From positions 1 to 64,000 of the IMG/VR virus record IMGVR_UViG_3300034062_002410: DNA of 64,000 bases, one strand, 5' to 3'. Source of the stretch: a virus. This document shows, one piece after another, positions 17,341-32,300 of this stretch; the stretch's first letter is position 1, and every line of letters begins with the position of its first letter. Below the pieces are notes generated by a model. The model saw only the letters and a program-made list of their open reading frames with translations, was not told where the DNA came from and did not search any database. Made by a program: the position numbers and the translations under genes.

Positions 17341-20300
17341 ATGTGTCCATATCCTGATGATAATTCAATAGTAAATCAAAATACTAATCCAGTTGTTCCT
17401 TTAACTGATGAACAATTTGCAGCAAGATATAAAGAAGGTAGTTTACCAGGTCAAGAATTAAATTTTCCAGAAGGAAGGTTTACAAATTCAGGTGAAACTT
17501 TTTCTGAAATTACTTCAGGTTCTACATCAGCATTTGATGATGTTTATGAACAAAGAATGAAAGAACTTGAAAAAGAAGTTGTCAAAGAAGATTATGATAA
17601 TCTTCTTACTGGTGGTGGTAAATTAGCAGGACAATTACTTTATAATGTTGCAGCAATGGTAGGAGATTTTGTAGGTCTTGTAACTGACCCTGGAGATATT
17701 AGACTTCCTACCCTTGGTGGAACTGCTGATTTTCTTACAGGATTATTTGGATATAAAACAGATGTTGGAGCATATACTGATTATTTTGACCCATTTGCAA
17801 CTGCAAATGAAGTTTTTAAAGCAATAGATAATTACACATTTTGGGGAGATGGAGAAGATGAAACAGGAAATATGTGGACAAGAGATGCCCAAAGTTTAAG
17901 AGATAAATCTCAACACTTTTTTCAAATAAATACTTCTAATGATTATTTTGATGTAGCAGCTAATTTTACTATTCCTATTATAGGAAGTGTTTTAGGTGCT
18001 GCAAGAACTGGGCAATTTACAGCTGCTGCAGGACAAATAGCAGGGTTATCTAAAGGAGCTAATGCAATGATGAATTCATTTATAATGACTGAATCTACTG
18101 GATTATCTATTGCACAAGGAGTTCATAATGAAGTATATAGAGAGGTGTTAAATAAACTTTCAAATGGTGAATTACAAAAATTAGAAGATAAAGCTTATTC
18201 AGAAGCTTTTGATAAAGCTGTAGCTGATGGGTATAATAAAAAAGATGCAGAGTGGTTAGGCATACAAGCAACTAAACAAGCAAGAACTGACTTTGCAACA
18301 GCTAATCCTGAACTTGGTAAAGAAGCTTCTAAAAATGCAGGTAAAGGTGCTGATGTAGCTTTAAAATCTATGGCTCCTTCTTTTGCATTGAATATGATTA
18401 CTGGTAACATGTATACTAGAAGTTTGTATTCTCCAAAGAATATATTGTCTAAACCAAAATGGATTCAGCCAATTGACGTATTAAAAGAAATAAGAAATGA
18501 AGTCTTAGAAGAATCTGGTATTGAGCAAATTGCAGAAAAAGCAGGTATTGCCTATGGTACTAAAGGAACTTATAACTTTGAAGATTTAAAAAATACTATA
18601 GTTAGTTATGATGCTTTATACTCAGGAATAGGTGCAATTATAGGTGGTGGTGGAGGTGCAGTATTTAGTAGCTTACCTTACATAGGAGATTTTAATGAAA
18701 GAAAAAAACAATATGATGAGCAGCAAGAAGTATTAGTAAAACAAAATAGAATAGGTAATTCAGCAGGACTCAAAGACATGATTGATAATGCTACTACTTT
18801 AACTATGGATTTAGGTCAAGTAGTTAGACTTGGAAAAGAAGCTGCTATATTAGAGCAATTGGGGATGAAAGAAGAAGCTAACATGATAAAAGATAAGATG
18901 TTATCTATCCAAGCTCATGAAGCATTTAAATCAGGTACAACTAAAAACTTAATTGAGAATTATGAAAAGATAGCATCTAACCCAAATGCTGGTCCTGAAG
19001 TACAATTAAAAGCAAGAGAAGCTGTTGCTGAGATTAAACAAATGGGGGAAATTTATGAAAAAACAAAAGATAAATACATTAATGACCAAGAAGTTTACAG
19101 TAATAAAATTAATGAACATAACCTTAATAAAGTTGAAAGACAATTAGAAACTGAAATTATTCAAAAAAAATTAGAAGCTGATATTGCTATTAAGTTAGAA
19201 TTAGAATCAGGTAGAACATCTTTGACTAGTGGTGAAGAAACTATTATAGATAATGAAACAGGAAATGTAGTTACTCAACCATCACAATTAAATTATAATG
19301 TAGCAAACTTAAAAGTTAATCCTTATGTAGGTGTTGATAAAGATGCTGAAGTATATAGAAATTTTAGTGAGTATGTAACTAATAATGTTCAAGCAGTAAG
19401 AGAACTAAATGAATTAGAGCAAAGACTTGGTAATGTTAAACAATTTAAAAAAGATAATTTTGAAAGATATAATAAAATAACCTCTAAAGCATATCAAAAA
19501 TCTTTAAGATATGAACAGAAGTTAGCTAGAGTATTTGATGCAGGTGAAAAAGAACTTGAAGAATTAAAAGGTACTAATCAATATATGCCTTTAGTAGATG
19601 CCATAATGGAAAAATACAAAGGTAAAATAGATGAGCAACAATTTAAAAGTATAAGAAAATATTATGAAAATCAAAACAATACTAAAAAGGTAGCAGAAGA
19701 TATAGCTAAAGAAGAAATTAAAAAGAATGAGTTTGCTAAATCTGAAACTGAAGAAACTGAAGTTACACCTACTGATGAAACTTCAGCAGTTAAACCTGAA
19801 GGTAGTAAAGCTATGTTAGAAAATATAGCTCGTAAATTATCATCAGGTGAAGCAAGGTCTATTAAAAAACTTACTAAAGAAGAACAAGATTTCTACATGA
19901 ACAATCAAAGTTTAGTAGATAAAAGAACATCAGAATTAAAAAATGAAATTGATAGTCAATCTCAAACAGAAATAACTGAAGATGAAGAGTTAAGTCAAGA
20001 ATTACAAAATGTAAGTAATGAAGTAAGTTCTGAACTTGATGGTATATTAGGAAGTAAAGAAGAAGAAACTGAAAGTAAACCTTTATCTAATACTGAAGTA
20101 AAAAATGCATTACAAACTCCTCAACAAATACTTGATAATAAAATACAAGCATTAGAAAATGAGAAACAAATATTAGAAAATAAAAAAGAAGAAGAAATTA
20201 AAAACTTACCTAAGCAAAATGAAGTATTAGCTAAAGGATTAAAAGATTTTAATCTTACAACATTTGATGAACAAGTTAAATTTTTTGAAGATGCAATTGA

Positions 20301-23300
20301 ACGTAGAAAAAAAGAAATAAAAGAACTTCAAGAAAGAATTAAAAAAGATAAAGATATTATTACAGATTATGCATTAAACGTACTTTATAGTAAATTATCT
20401 AGAGCAGTAGATGGATTAAATACTAATCAAAAAAACTTAGATGCATTATTAGCTGAAACTAAGATTAATGAAAAATATGATAAACAAATAGAAACTTTAA
20501 ATGCACAAATATCAGAATTAAAATCTGAACCTATATCTAAAGGTGAAGTAAAAGATGTATTAGGAACTAGTTCAAGTGCAATAACAGCATTAGAGGAAGA
20601 AAGAAAACAAGCACATCTTGAGGTTGAAGAAATGGGAATAGAAGGAAGTGGACATAGAACAAAATCAGCAGCTCATGCATACATAGATAAAATGTATGAT
20701 GAAAAAAGAAAACAATTAGAAACTAAAACTTCTACATCTCAAGAATCTAATGCAGAAGCAATAGCTGAATTAAAAAGAAAACAACAAGAAGAAATAGATA
20801 AAAATGCACAAAATATAATAGTAAAAAAAGAACAAATTACATGGAAGGATGATGAGGGAAAAAATAGAAAAGTGTTAATTACACATTACGCTGATGGGAA
20901 AAGGGTAGTTGAGTTTATGGATGAAGATGGAACTGTAACACATAAAGAAAGAATACAAAAAGATAGAGAAATAGAGTTTGCTATCGGAGCTTTTAATTAT
21001 AATACAAATGAAAAATTAACTGTACAAAAAGAAGATATTGTTTTTAAAAGTACATTATTAGATAAAATCAATGCTAAATATAATGCACAAATTACAGTAT
21101 TAGAAGGTAAACCTGTAAGTCAAGAAACTAATGTAGCACAAGAAATAGAAAAATTTATTAATAGAGTTATACCAAACCAAGAAAAAAGATTATTAAATGC
21201 ACAAGAAATAGCTTCTAATGGAAAAACTTTCAATGAAGCTATTGATAATCTTATAAAAAAATCTGAAAATGCTAGAAATAAAGCTAATGAACGGCTAAAA
21301 AAAGAAGCTGCTAAAGAAGGTGTTAAACCTCTTGACATTCAAGAACGATTAGCTGAATATAAAGAAACAAAAGAAGCAGATAGATATGATTATTTAATAG
21401 AACAAATAAATGAAGTTTATGCAGTTGAAACTGAAAACTTTAACAATTCTACACAAGAAGCTATTGATTATGAACAAGGACAACTTGATATAGCTAATAA
21501 AAGATTATCTACATTAGAAAGTCAACCTACAGAAGTAAAACCTGATATAATTTTATCAGGACTTGCTGGAGGATTTAAAGGAGTTTCTAAAAATTCTTTT
21601 GATGTAAGAAATTCAACGGAAGTAATGAATAATGTAAACTCTGGTAAATCATTTTCTGAAATAGTAGAGTATAAAGGTAAAAAATATGTTGTTGTTGGAC
21701 TTAGGTTAGATACTGCAAGATTTTCTACAACAGTTGGAAGAGATAACTATTCTTTTGCTGTTGCTGAGCTTAATGAGAATACACCAAATAATATTGTAGA
21801 AATACTTGAAACAAGTGCAAAAGAAAATTTTAAAAATATATATTCTGATTTTAATAACAATGATGTTATTAGACCTATTACAGAACAAAACAAAGAATTA
21901 TCTGCTTTAAAAAGTAAACCTACAGTAGAACAAAAACAAACTAAAGCTGTCAAGCCCTTAAACTTTGTCATATCAGGGATAGGTGGAATAGGTAGAGGAG
22001 GGTTTAGAGTTTGGAAATCTCAAAACTATAATGTTGAGGCAGGTGGCAATGAGGCTCAAGATAATAGGAGTAAACAAGAAGTAAGCGAGCTTACTAATCC
22101 AACTGATAAGACAAGACTAATAGGTAGGTTCTACTCAGTTGACCAAGGTGATAAAGTAACTTATTATGCAAACACTAACGAAGTTGCTTTTGATAATGAG
22201 TTTAAAAGATTGACAGATGCTGTTAATAGAGGCGCAAGTGTCCAAGTAAGTGTTACTGTAAATAAGTCAGACAATGTCAATGAGGCAGACATACAGAAGG
22301 CACTACTAGAAAAGCTAACTCAAGTTGTTGAGGTATCTGTAGATAAGAATACTTTCAAAGCTAATCCTCAAGCTGACTTCTCAGGAATAAGTTTAAATGA
22401 GATTAATCCCACTAAACAACAAGAACAAGTTACTTTATCTCAAAAAGAACAAGAAATATTAAACTCATTTAAAGATAATAAAGCATCTAAACCTTTACTT
22501 AATAGAAAGTTTGCAGCTAATAAATCTGAAATAGAAAGTTTATTAGCTAAAGGTATAATCAAAGAAGATGGTAATAACTATGTAATTGCAGGCAGAGAAG
22601 CTCAAGAAGTAACTCTTACAGTACAAAAAACTAAAGCAGAACAAGTTGCTGATAATTTATTAGCAAAACAATTTACTCGTAATGCTGAAGGAACTTATAA
22701 CTTACAGATAAATTTAAAAGCATTATCTCCTGAAGAAAAAGCAGACATTGAAGATGCTGTTAAAGTTATTAAAGAAAGAATTAAAAATAATCAACTTGAT
22801 GGTTGGGAAATAAATAAAGTTAGTAATCCATTATTTGAAGTAGTTACAATAACTAAACCTAATCTTACTTCTAATCAACCAATGGAAGAAGGTGATGTAT
22901 CTTATCAACCTGATGAAATACCAACACTAACTAAGGAGCAAGAAGAGAAGATTAAAGACCTTATAGAGAGTTATGTTAATACAATGGAAATTGACAATAA
23001 TAAATTTCCAACATTTGAAGAACTTGTAAAAAGTTATATTAGAACAGTAGGTAAAGAAAAAGCAGAAAAACATTTAAAATTATTAGGTACAGGTTGGGAA
23101 CTAAATGGTTATGGTACTATTAGTGATTACAATGCTATACTTAGAAAGCTATTTGGAAAAAGGGAAGACATAGCTTTAGGTATATCAGCAATGAGTGAAG
23201 AGTTATCTCAAAGTGTAGCTGCTCCTGAAGAAGTAGAAGTAAAACAAGATGAGTTAATTAAGAAAGAAGAAATCAAAGATAGTGCAGAACCAATAGATGT

Positions 23301-26300
23301 AACTCCTGATAAACAAGTTGTATACTCTACTGAAACTGATATTGTAAGTGATACAAGTCCTAAGTTAGGTTATTCAGTATTTGATTTTTCAATCTCTCAA
23401 AAAGTAAGAGGTAAAGATGGTAAAATAATAGTAACTACTGATACTATAAATGAAGGATTGAAAAAGAAACAAGATGGTCTTGTAAAAGCTATTAAGACAG
23501 CAAACTTTGAAAATGTTAAAGTTGGTGCTAAATTAACTGTATCAGTTAATCCTTTAAATGAACTTAATAGAGTAAAGTCATGGGTTATACCAGCAAGAGT
23601 AGAGGATAAAAACAGTCCATTATATGGTACTGATGTATTAGAAAATGGGAAAGTTAAAACTATAAAGTTTGGTGAATGGTTAGACCAAAAAGTAAAAGAG
23701 TCAGGATTACCTGTAGAAGAATTTATGGAAACTCAAGAATTTTGGGATAGAGTTCCTATTCTTGTTTCTGATGAACAAGGAGATTTCATTGCACAAGTAC
23801 ATGACATAGGATGGTATACTCCTGCAAAATTTAATGGTGACATTAAAGAAGCAAAAAGAAATGTCAATGAAATTAGAAAGTTAATAAAGGAAGCTTTTAA
23901 AAGAGGTGAGAATTCAGTATTTGAAATTACTAATATTACTGGTGGTAAAACTGATGGATTAAAACTTACTGAACTTGTACCATTAAAAAAAGCTAATCCT
24001 CAAGCAATGATGGGATTAATTGTTAAGGATAAAGATGGTAACTTTCAAACATTTATTTATGAAAATGGAAAAAGAAAAGAAGTAAAAGTTGAAAATCTTA
24101 GTGTTATCACAGGAGCAGAACAAAATAAAACTAAGTCTATGATGAAAGTAGACATTAGAAGATGGGGAACTGATGCTGATGGTAAACCTACTTATAAAGC
24201 ATTTTACTCTACTAGTCCTAAGTTATCTGCAAGTCAAGTTAATACTGTTAAGAATATTATATACTCTAAACTTATTGTTGCTAATAATAATTTATCAACT
24301 TCACAAAATAATAAGTTTGGTAAATTACTAAATGCAATTAATTCTACAATAGGTTCTGATATAACTAACAATGAATCATTTACAGATTTATTAAAAAGAT
24401 TTGTTTTTATTTCTCCAGTTAAAAATGTAAGTCAGGAATATAGACAAGGTCTTATCAATAAAGTAAATGAAGGAAATATATCTGAAGTTGAAAATACATT
24501 AGCAACTTCATACTTTAAAAATATTAATAAATTAGAACCTGGGCAAACAACTATATTATCTTTAGCTCCTGATATTTTAGTTGTTGCTAAGAATGGCAGT
24601 AATGGAATAGAAGTAAAAATTATCAATAAGAATACTATTCCTGTAGAGAATAATGAAATTGTAAATAATCAAGAGTTCTTACAAAGAGATGCACTACTAC
24701 AAGAAGCATTGCAAAACTCATTATTAAATGGTTATGCTCAAGTTGGTAATTATAAACAACCAGTAATACAAGTAAATAATGATTTTACTTTAACTACTGT
24801 TGCAAATAATTATCCAGAGTTTGTACAGAATAATGTACTAACTAATCTAATGTCTGTAAATGTAGGCACTAATGATAAACCTGTATATGCTACAAGACTA
24901 CAATCTAATATTTATTACAAACCTGTAGGAACAGCACCTGGTAAAAGTGTAAGTAGAAAAGAAGGACAGACTATGGTTAGTGATAGCAAAGTAACTGAAA
25001 AAGATAAACAAGCTATAACTAATGTAGTAGAGTCAACTTCTGATGAAGCATTTGAAGAAGCAGTAGAAGGGGTAGAACAAGATGGCTTTGAATTATTTGG
25101 AGATACAGTAGAAGAGAAAGCTGAAGACTTAAAAGAAGTAGTTAAACAAATGAGTAATGAATCTAAAGAGATTGTAGAAAATCATTTAGAAGCAGGACCT
25201 AACTTAGATAATATAAGTGAATACAATGAGTTTTTAAACCAAGCAAGTAATAAAGTAAAATGGGTTAATGAATATTTCAATGAGGATAATACTGAATCAG
25301 CAGAGTCTTTAGAATCTAATCAACCTAGAGAAATAGGTGAAGAAGATGTTGAAGATATGGCTATTAATTTATTGAGAATTAATGGTGTCAGTAGTAGACA
25401 TCAATCTCAATTGGCTAACTATGCTTCTGTTAAACTTGGTGATATACTTTCTACTAAAGAAATAAATCAACAAGAGGTTAGAGATAAAGTAGTAGAGGAT
25501 ATTACTAACACATTGAATGCTAACAAAGAATCATTACAAGAAACTCTTGCTCAATTAAAAAGCATACCTCAGTATCAGGATAGACCAAAGGTAATGGAGC
25601 TTGTTGTTAAATATGAAACTGCACTTAATAAAATAAACCTTGTATTAGATAATATAGATGTTATTTATAAACAAAGTGTAGCTATAGCTTTAAAAGATTT
25701 AAATGGTAAAGTCATTGAAAATGATGAAATAGAAGTTGGTGATGACCCTAATGACAATGACCTTGATAACCAAGAGAATGAAGAAGATGTAGATGATGAA
25801 TTGAGTGAAGAAGAAGATAGACATTTAGGAACTGAAAACTATTCTAAGACTTCATTAGAGGTAAATCCTAAAGCAAGTATTACTTCTACTCTTAGAAGAT
25901 TTATGAGAGGTATTCCTGATATTAGTCCCACTACTGGATTACCCAAATCAGGTGCAATGGGTGTAACTACTTATGTAGACTTTGATACTGTATATGATGT
26001 AGTTCAATCTTTGTTAGCTGATGCTCCTGTTGATTTCAACATGATGATGGATATACTTGAAGTCAATAAAAATAAACAACCTTGGCTTCCTATACTTATT
26101 AATAAATTAAAAGAATCAAGTTCTGAAGTTAAAAATCAGTTTACTACTACAATGGGTAAACATGCTTTAACTATGGAGTTCTTAATGTATTCTTTTGACA
26201 AAGAAGGTAATGCAACTTTTAAAATTGTCAATACTAACTTATCAAGTATTAATCGTAAAATAAAAGATGAGTGGTCAAATAATCTTACTTCATCTAATGT

Positions 26301-29300
26301 TCTTATAGATGAATATGGTAATGTAAGTAGAGATACTGTTGATGAGTTACTTAATGAATATAACTCATGGATGAAAACTCCAAGTGTTTTAAGTTCTGTA
26401 CATCAAAGATTTATCAAAGAAAGATTAAAACTAGGTGAAACATCTTTTAATGCTGATGAAAATAATAAAACTTTAAATATAAGTGTTGAATTAGCACAAC
26501 AAAAAACTAATTCTAAAATTACAAATATTGATGGTAAAGAATATTTAGTTTCAATAGGTAGTGATGATGTTGTTTATGTAACTCCCTATGAAAGAAATAT
26601 AGTTTCTAAAGCATTGGTTGATTATGCTAGTCTTACTCCTGCTGAATCCAAAGAAGCTATTGAAAAGATTAAAGATTGGTTTGATGCCTTTGGTATTGAA
26701 TTAACTGATAATGCTATTGATGGATTATTTAAAAATCCAAAAGTATCAGCATCTCAATTTTTTGAGCAAAGTAATAACTTTGCAGTAGGTAGTCTTGTAA
26801 AATGGTTAGATACTACTAGAAAAGCTTTTTCACAAGATAAAGAAGTAACAATTACAGAAGGTAGTAAAAATAATCCATTAGATAATTCTGCTGTTAGTGA
26901 CCTTGCATACCATCAATCTAAATACTCATCAGGTATTGTAACTTCTTCATTTAGAGATGGTAAAAAATCTATTTATGGATTTACTGCATTTAAATTTATT
27001 ACTGATAGAGCTAATGAGATTAAAAATAAACCTGAGTTTAGAGATAACCTTAGAAAATTATCTTTTTCTAAAAATTCATTTTGGTTACAATTATTTGAAG
27101 ATGGTATTGATTTACCAGTATATAACTTTAAAGAAAGATTTAATGTTACTCACTTAGGTTTAACTGCACTAAAAGAATTTGCTAAGAAGTTATACAGAGA
27201 TAATGGTATTACTTCACTTGGTGATGTTGACCATGAATTAGTTAAAGTAGGTATGCATCAAGCTGACCAAGGTGCATTATCAAAGCCATTTACTGTATTT
27301 GGACAACAGATAAGTTTAAGAAATATAACTGCTTTGTTTCCAACAATGTCAGATAAATCTACAATGACATTAGTTAAAACATTAGGATTAAATCTTACTG
27401 ATAAAAAATACTTTGATAAAACTGAAAATGGTAAACTTGTACCTAATAAAAGCATAGCTGAATTTATTTTTGAACAAACTGTATTACCTGAAATAGAAAG
27501 AGTTATAAACTTTAATGCAAAGAATCCTAATGGTACTGACATTAAGAATTATGACAAGGGTGCTAAGATGCTTTTGTTAATGCCACATCTTAATGATTTA
27601 GTTATCTTTGAAAAAGATGGTAAGAAGATTACTTTGAATGAAGCAATAAATACTAAGAATGCAAAATTACAAAAAGTCTTAAGTAAGAAAGATGTTATCC
27701 TTGCTGAAGTACAAAATTATGTTTCTGCATTAGTAGAGGAGAAAATGAAAGTATGGGCAGCTAATGGATATTATACAGTAGAAGAAAAAGATGGAAAAAC
27801 TAAAGTAACCAATAACTTACTTGATAAAAAATACATGGAGGGAGTTGTAGCTGATAGTCAATTAGAAAAAATTGAACTAGCTGCAATGGATTTTGAAATC
27901 AATCAAATGTTATCTAATGCTAATGCATTTATGACAATGATTGGTGACCCTGCTATTTATTATAAAGCTGATTCTTCTAAATCTTTTATTCAGCAAAGTA
28001 AAGAAACCTTTACTAATGTTGGTAAGAGATTAGCTTTAATGATTGCTCCTGGTTCTAAGTTAGCTGATTCTGAAACTGAACAATACACTCAGGTAATGCT
28101 AGAAGACAGAGTTGCTATGTCTGAAAACATTAGTTTTTTAACTGAAGTATTAGATAATAAAAAGTTTGATTGGAAAGAATACAATAGAATAAAAAGTCTT
28201 AATACTAAATCTGATGACCCAGTAAAAGCTAAAGAACTTAAAGATGAGCAGAAAAAACAATTTGAAGAGTTTTATGATAAGTATCCTAACTCAAATGGTT
28301 ACTTTAATATAGAAGGAACTGATGCTCAGGAATATACTACATGGCAAGAACATCTACATATCTTAGAAAAGTTAGGTAGATTAAATGATGCTACTGTGAG
28401 TATTACTCCTGAAGAGATAAGAGAAGCAAAAGAAATGTTTGCTAATAATACTCCTTATTCTCAAATGTCAGATAAACAAAAAGGTATTCTGAAGAAAGTT
28501 CTTCAACCTATTAAACCAGTTTATACAGGTCAAATATTTGATGAAGCACAAGATGTAATGAGGACTGTATATATTAAGTCATCTTCATTCCCATTAATTC
28601 CTCAAGTAACTGAAGGTACTGAACTTAATAAACTAAAAGAAGCATTAGAGGCTTTACAGAAAGAAGGAGCAGGTCCTAACCCATCACCATATAAATATGT
28701 AAGAGCTTCTTACCAATCTGCTAATAAAGTAGGTGCTAAAGCTAAAGCATTAAATATGTATGAAGATGATGGTTCTATTAAAGACCTTAAAGTAGAAGAC
28801 TTAAAAGCTTCATCACTTACTCTTAATAGAAAAGACTTTAAGATTCAGTTAGATGTACCTTATAAGTCATTTAAGAAAAAAGAAGATACAGTTAGTTTAG
28901 GTACTCAGCTTACTAAGATATTATTTGGTAATGGTGTCATGGATGCTACTGGATTTATGTATAATGGTAAACCTATAGATGGAGTAGAACTTGAAAAAGA
29001 ATACACTAAAGCATTTATAGAGTTAGTTAATTATAAAACTCAACAGCTTTATGATGAATTAGGTATAGATATTAAAACTAACAAGCCTATTGATGTTAGA
29101 GCAACTGCTGCTAAACTTCAAAACATTTTAAAGACTGAAGCTATAAATAGAGGTTACTCTAAACAAGATGTTGAAGCTCTTGAAGTTATCATTAAAGAAG
29201 TAAATGGAGAAGAAGATTTAACTTTTAAATTACCATTGTGGTTAGCAGCTAATGCTAATAGATTTGAATCTCTTTTAAATGCTGTTGTAAACAATAGAAT

Positions 29301-32300
29301 AGTTAAACTTAAGTTTCCTGGTAGTTCATTTGTAGCAGGTTCTGAAGAAGGATTTAAAATTCAAAAAGATTTTAAAGGTGTAGATAAGAACAAAATAGTA
29401 TGGACTAAAAACTGGAATGGAAAAGAATTACAAGCAGCTAAATATGATGCTGATGGTAACTTACAATATGCTCAAGTAATTGCTCCATCTAAATTTAGAA
29501 AGAAAGATGGTACTCTTATTGATTTGTTAGAAAGAAAAAATAATAAATATGTCTATGTAACTGAAACCAAACAAGGTTTTAAACTTAAAGAAGACATGAT
29601 TGACCCTGAGTTGAGAAACATTACTGCATTCAGGATTCCAACTTCAGGTCACATGTCAGCAGCTCAAGTAGAGATAGTTGGTTTCTTACCTAATGAGCAA
29701 GGGGATTTAATGATTGTACCAAAAAACCTCACTAAACAAAAAGGTCTTGACTTTGACGTAGATAAAGAAAACACTTATAGTCTATGGCATGAAACTGATG
29801 AGAATGGTAAGATTACTGTATTGAAAGAAGGTGATAAAGAAAAGCTATTACAAAATGAAATTATTAAAATTCATACTGCAGTATTAAGTAATCCAGATAA
29901 AGAAGTACAGAAGAAAATTAATAATATTCTATCTATTGACTATGCTAAAGAACAAGCAGAGAATATAGATAGTATGATTTCTTCTTCTAAAGATGAAACT
30001 TACTTTACTCCATTAGGTTCTGAGTATCAGAAAAATAAAATGTTCTTAGGAGCAAGTGGTAAAATAGGTATTGGTGCTTACTCTTTAGATGTAACCACAC
30101 ATTCATTATTTGAACAAGCTAAAGCTAAAGGAAACCAAGTATCATTAAACTATACTGATATTGATGAAAAAGGTAAAACTATTGCCAATCCTTTTAATAT
30201 GTCTTTTGAAGGAGAAGGAAGAACTGATGGAACTTTAGGTAATCAACAAACAATAGATGGTCAAAGAACTATTGCACAAGTATTATCTGAATTACAAAAC
30301 ATTGCTACAGATAATGAGAAAGAGCAAGTAATGGGTAGAGTAAATCTAAACTCTTATACTCTTGATGTATCTAAGATATTAGCAATGTTAGGATTTGACA
30401 AAGCTAAAAATGGTAACTCAATTCAGTTTACATTCTTATCTCAACCTATTATTAGAGAGTATGTAAAAGAAATGGATAATGTCAATTCTAATGTTGCAAA
30501 GTTTAATCCTAATAAAGAATCTGCAGTAATTAATAAGCTATTAGAAAAGTATGGTAATAAGAATTATGAGTTAGGATATGATGTTGATGTTCAGAATACT
30601 AAGAACTTCACTATGGATAAGATGGAGAATCAGTTAAGAGGTGAAGTAGATAATGATTTTCAATTAGCTGTTTTAAATAGATTCTTAGAATTAAAGAAAC
30701 TTGGACTTGCTGTAAGAACATTACAAGGTGCAATTAATACAGATTCAAAAGGATTAGGTAAATCTATATTAGATAATTCTCAAAAGATTGAGAGTATAAA
30801 TAACCTATTGAGTAATCCAGTAATAACTAATGCAGGTGAGTTGTTAGGTAACTTTATTCCAATAGTAAAATATGAAAAAGGTAAGAGAATTAAAGCATTA
30901 AGTGATGCAGAATATCAATCTTATATAAATGATGGTTATGTAAAATTTGGTGATAACTTATTCTTACCTACTACTGTTAGTGGTGTATTTACTGCTAGAG
31001 CATTAGTAACTGCTACTTCATTATGGGATAGGCATTTTCCATATAACTCTAAGTTATTCAATTCTATTTTTGAAAATCTAATGCCTTTGATATCTAAAAG
31101 TGAAGCAAGTGATGCTAAGAAAGTAGAAAAGAAATCAATGGTTATTAAAGAAATCAAAAGATTCTTAAACTCTTATTCTGCTTCTAATACATTATTTGAT
31201 AATATAAATGCACAAGCAGAAAGAGAAAGATTATTCTTTGATAGACCAAGTACTGGTAAAGTATCTTTAGCAACTTACATTAAAGAACTTAAGAAAGCTA
31301 ATAGTTCATTAGCATCTAATAAGTTAATAGAAAGACTTGAGTTAGTAGCAAATACTCAAGGTGAACCATCATTGATAAAATTCAATAATACATCAGCAGG
31401 ATTCTATGATGAGAATGGATTAAATAATGCACTACTTGAACTAATGGAGTTAAATCTTAACTTACCATCATTTAATAATGAACCATATACAAGTAGAAAA
31501 TTAGCACAAGATTTAATTACCTATTCTTATCTTGAAGGAGGAGTACAAGAAGCAACTCAATTTGTTAAATTTATTCCATTGTCTTATCTTAATAAGATGG
31601 GATTCACTTTTGGGTTATCAAATATTGATTTTGATTCAATGGGTGCATACTCAATATTTGATATTAATCCTGATTTACTAAATACTAACTCAAAATTCAT
31701 AACTCAGTTTGTTCAACATAATCCTGGTATCTTACCTAAGTTAGATAACTACATTCCTAAAATTGGAGATATCAAAAACATAAGTGAGGTAACTGAGTTT
31801 AACATTGAAAAAATGTTAAATGCTATTGAGTATCAAGGAATGACTGCAGCAGAGTTTTATGACTATTATAAAATGGATGCAAAACAAATTGAAGAATTTA
31901 AAATTGCACTTGCTAATAAAGTCAGTAATTTTTCAATGCCTGAGTTTGTAGCATTAAGAAAAGATGGTGAATACTTATTATGGAAAAGTGCAGGTAATGG
32001 AAATTATGTACAAGTTCCTGTAGTTCAATCAGGTATATCAGAATATGATAGTAATGTACAACAAATTACTCCATTATCATCTGAAATAGTTACTCCTCAA
32101 AATCCTGTTAAAGAGCAACCATTAAGTCCTTCATCAGATGAATCTAAAGTAACTAATGAAACAAGATTTGGATTAGGTACTGATGCTTCATTAACTGATA
32201 TAGTTACTAACTTAGCAAACTCTACAAGTATAGATGAATACTTAATAACTTTAGCTAAACAATTATTACCTGCCATTAACCCAACTACTAGTATTACAGT

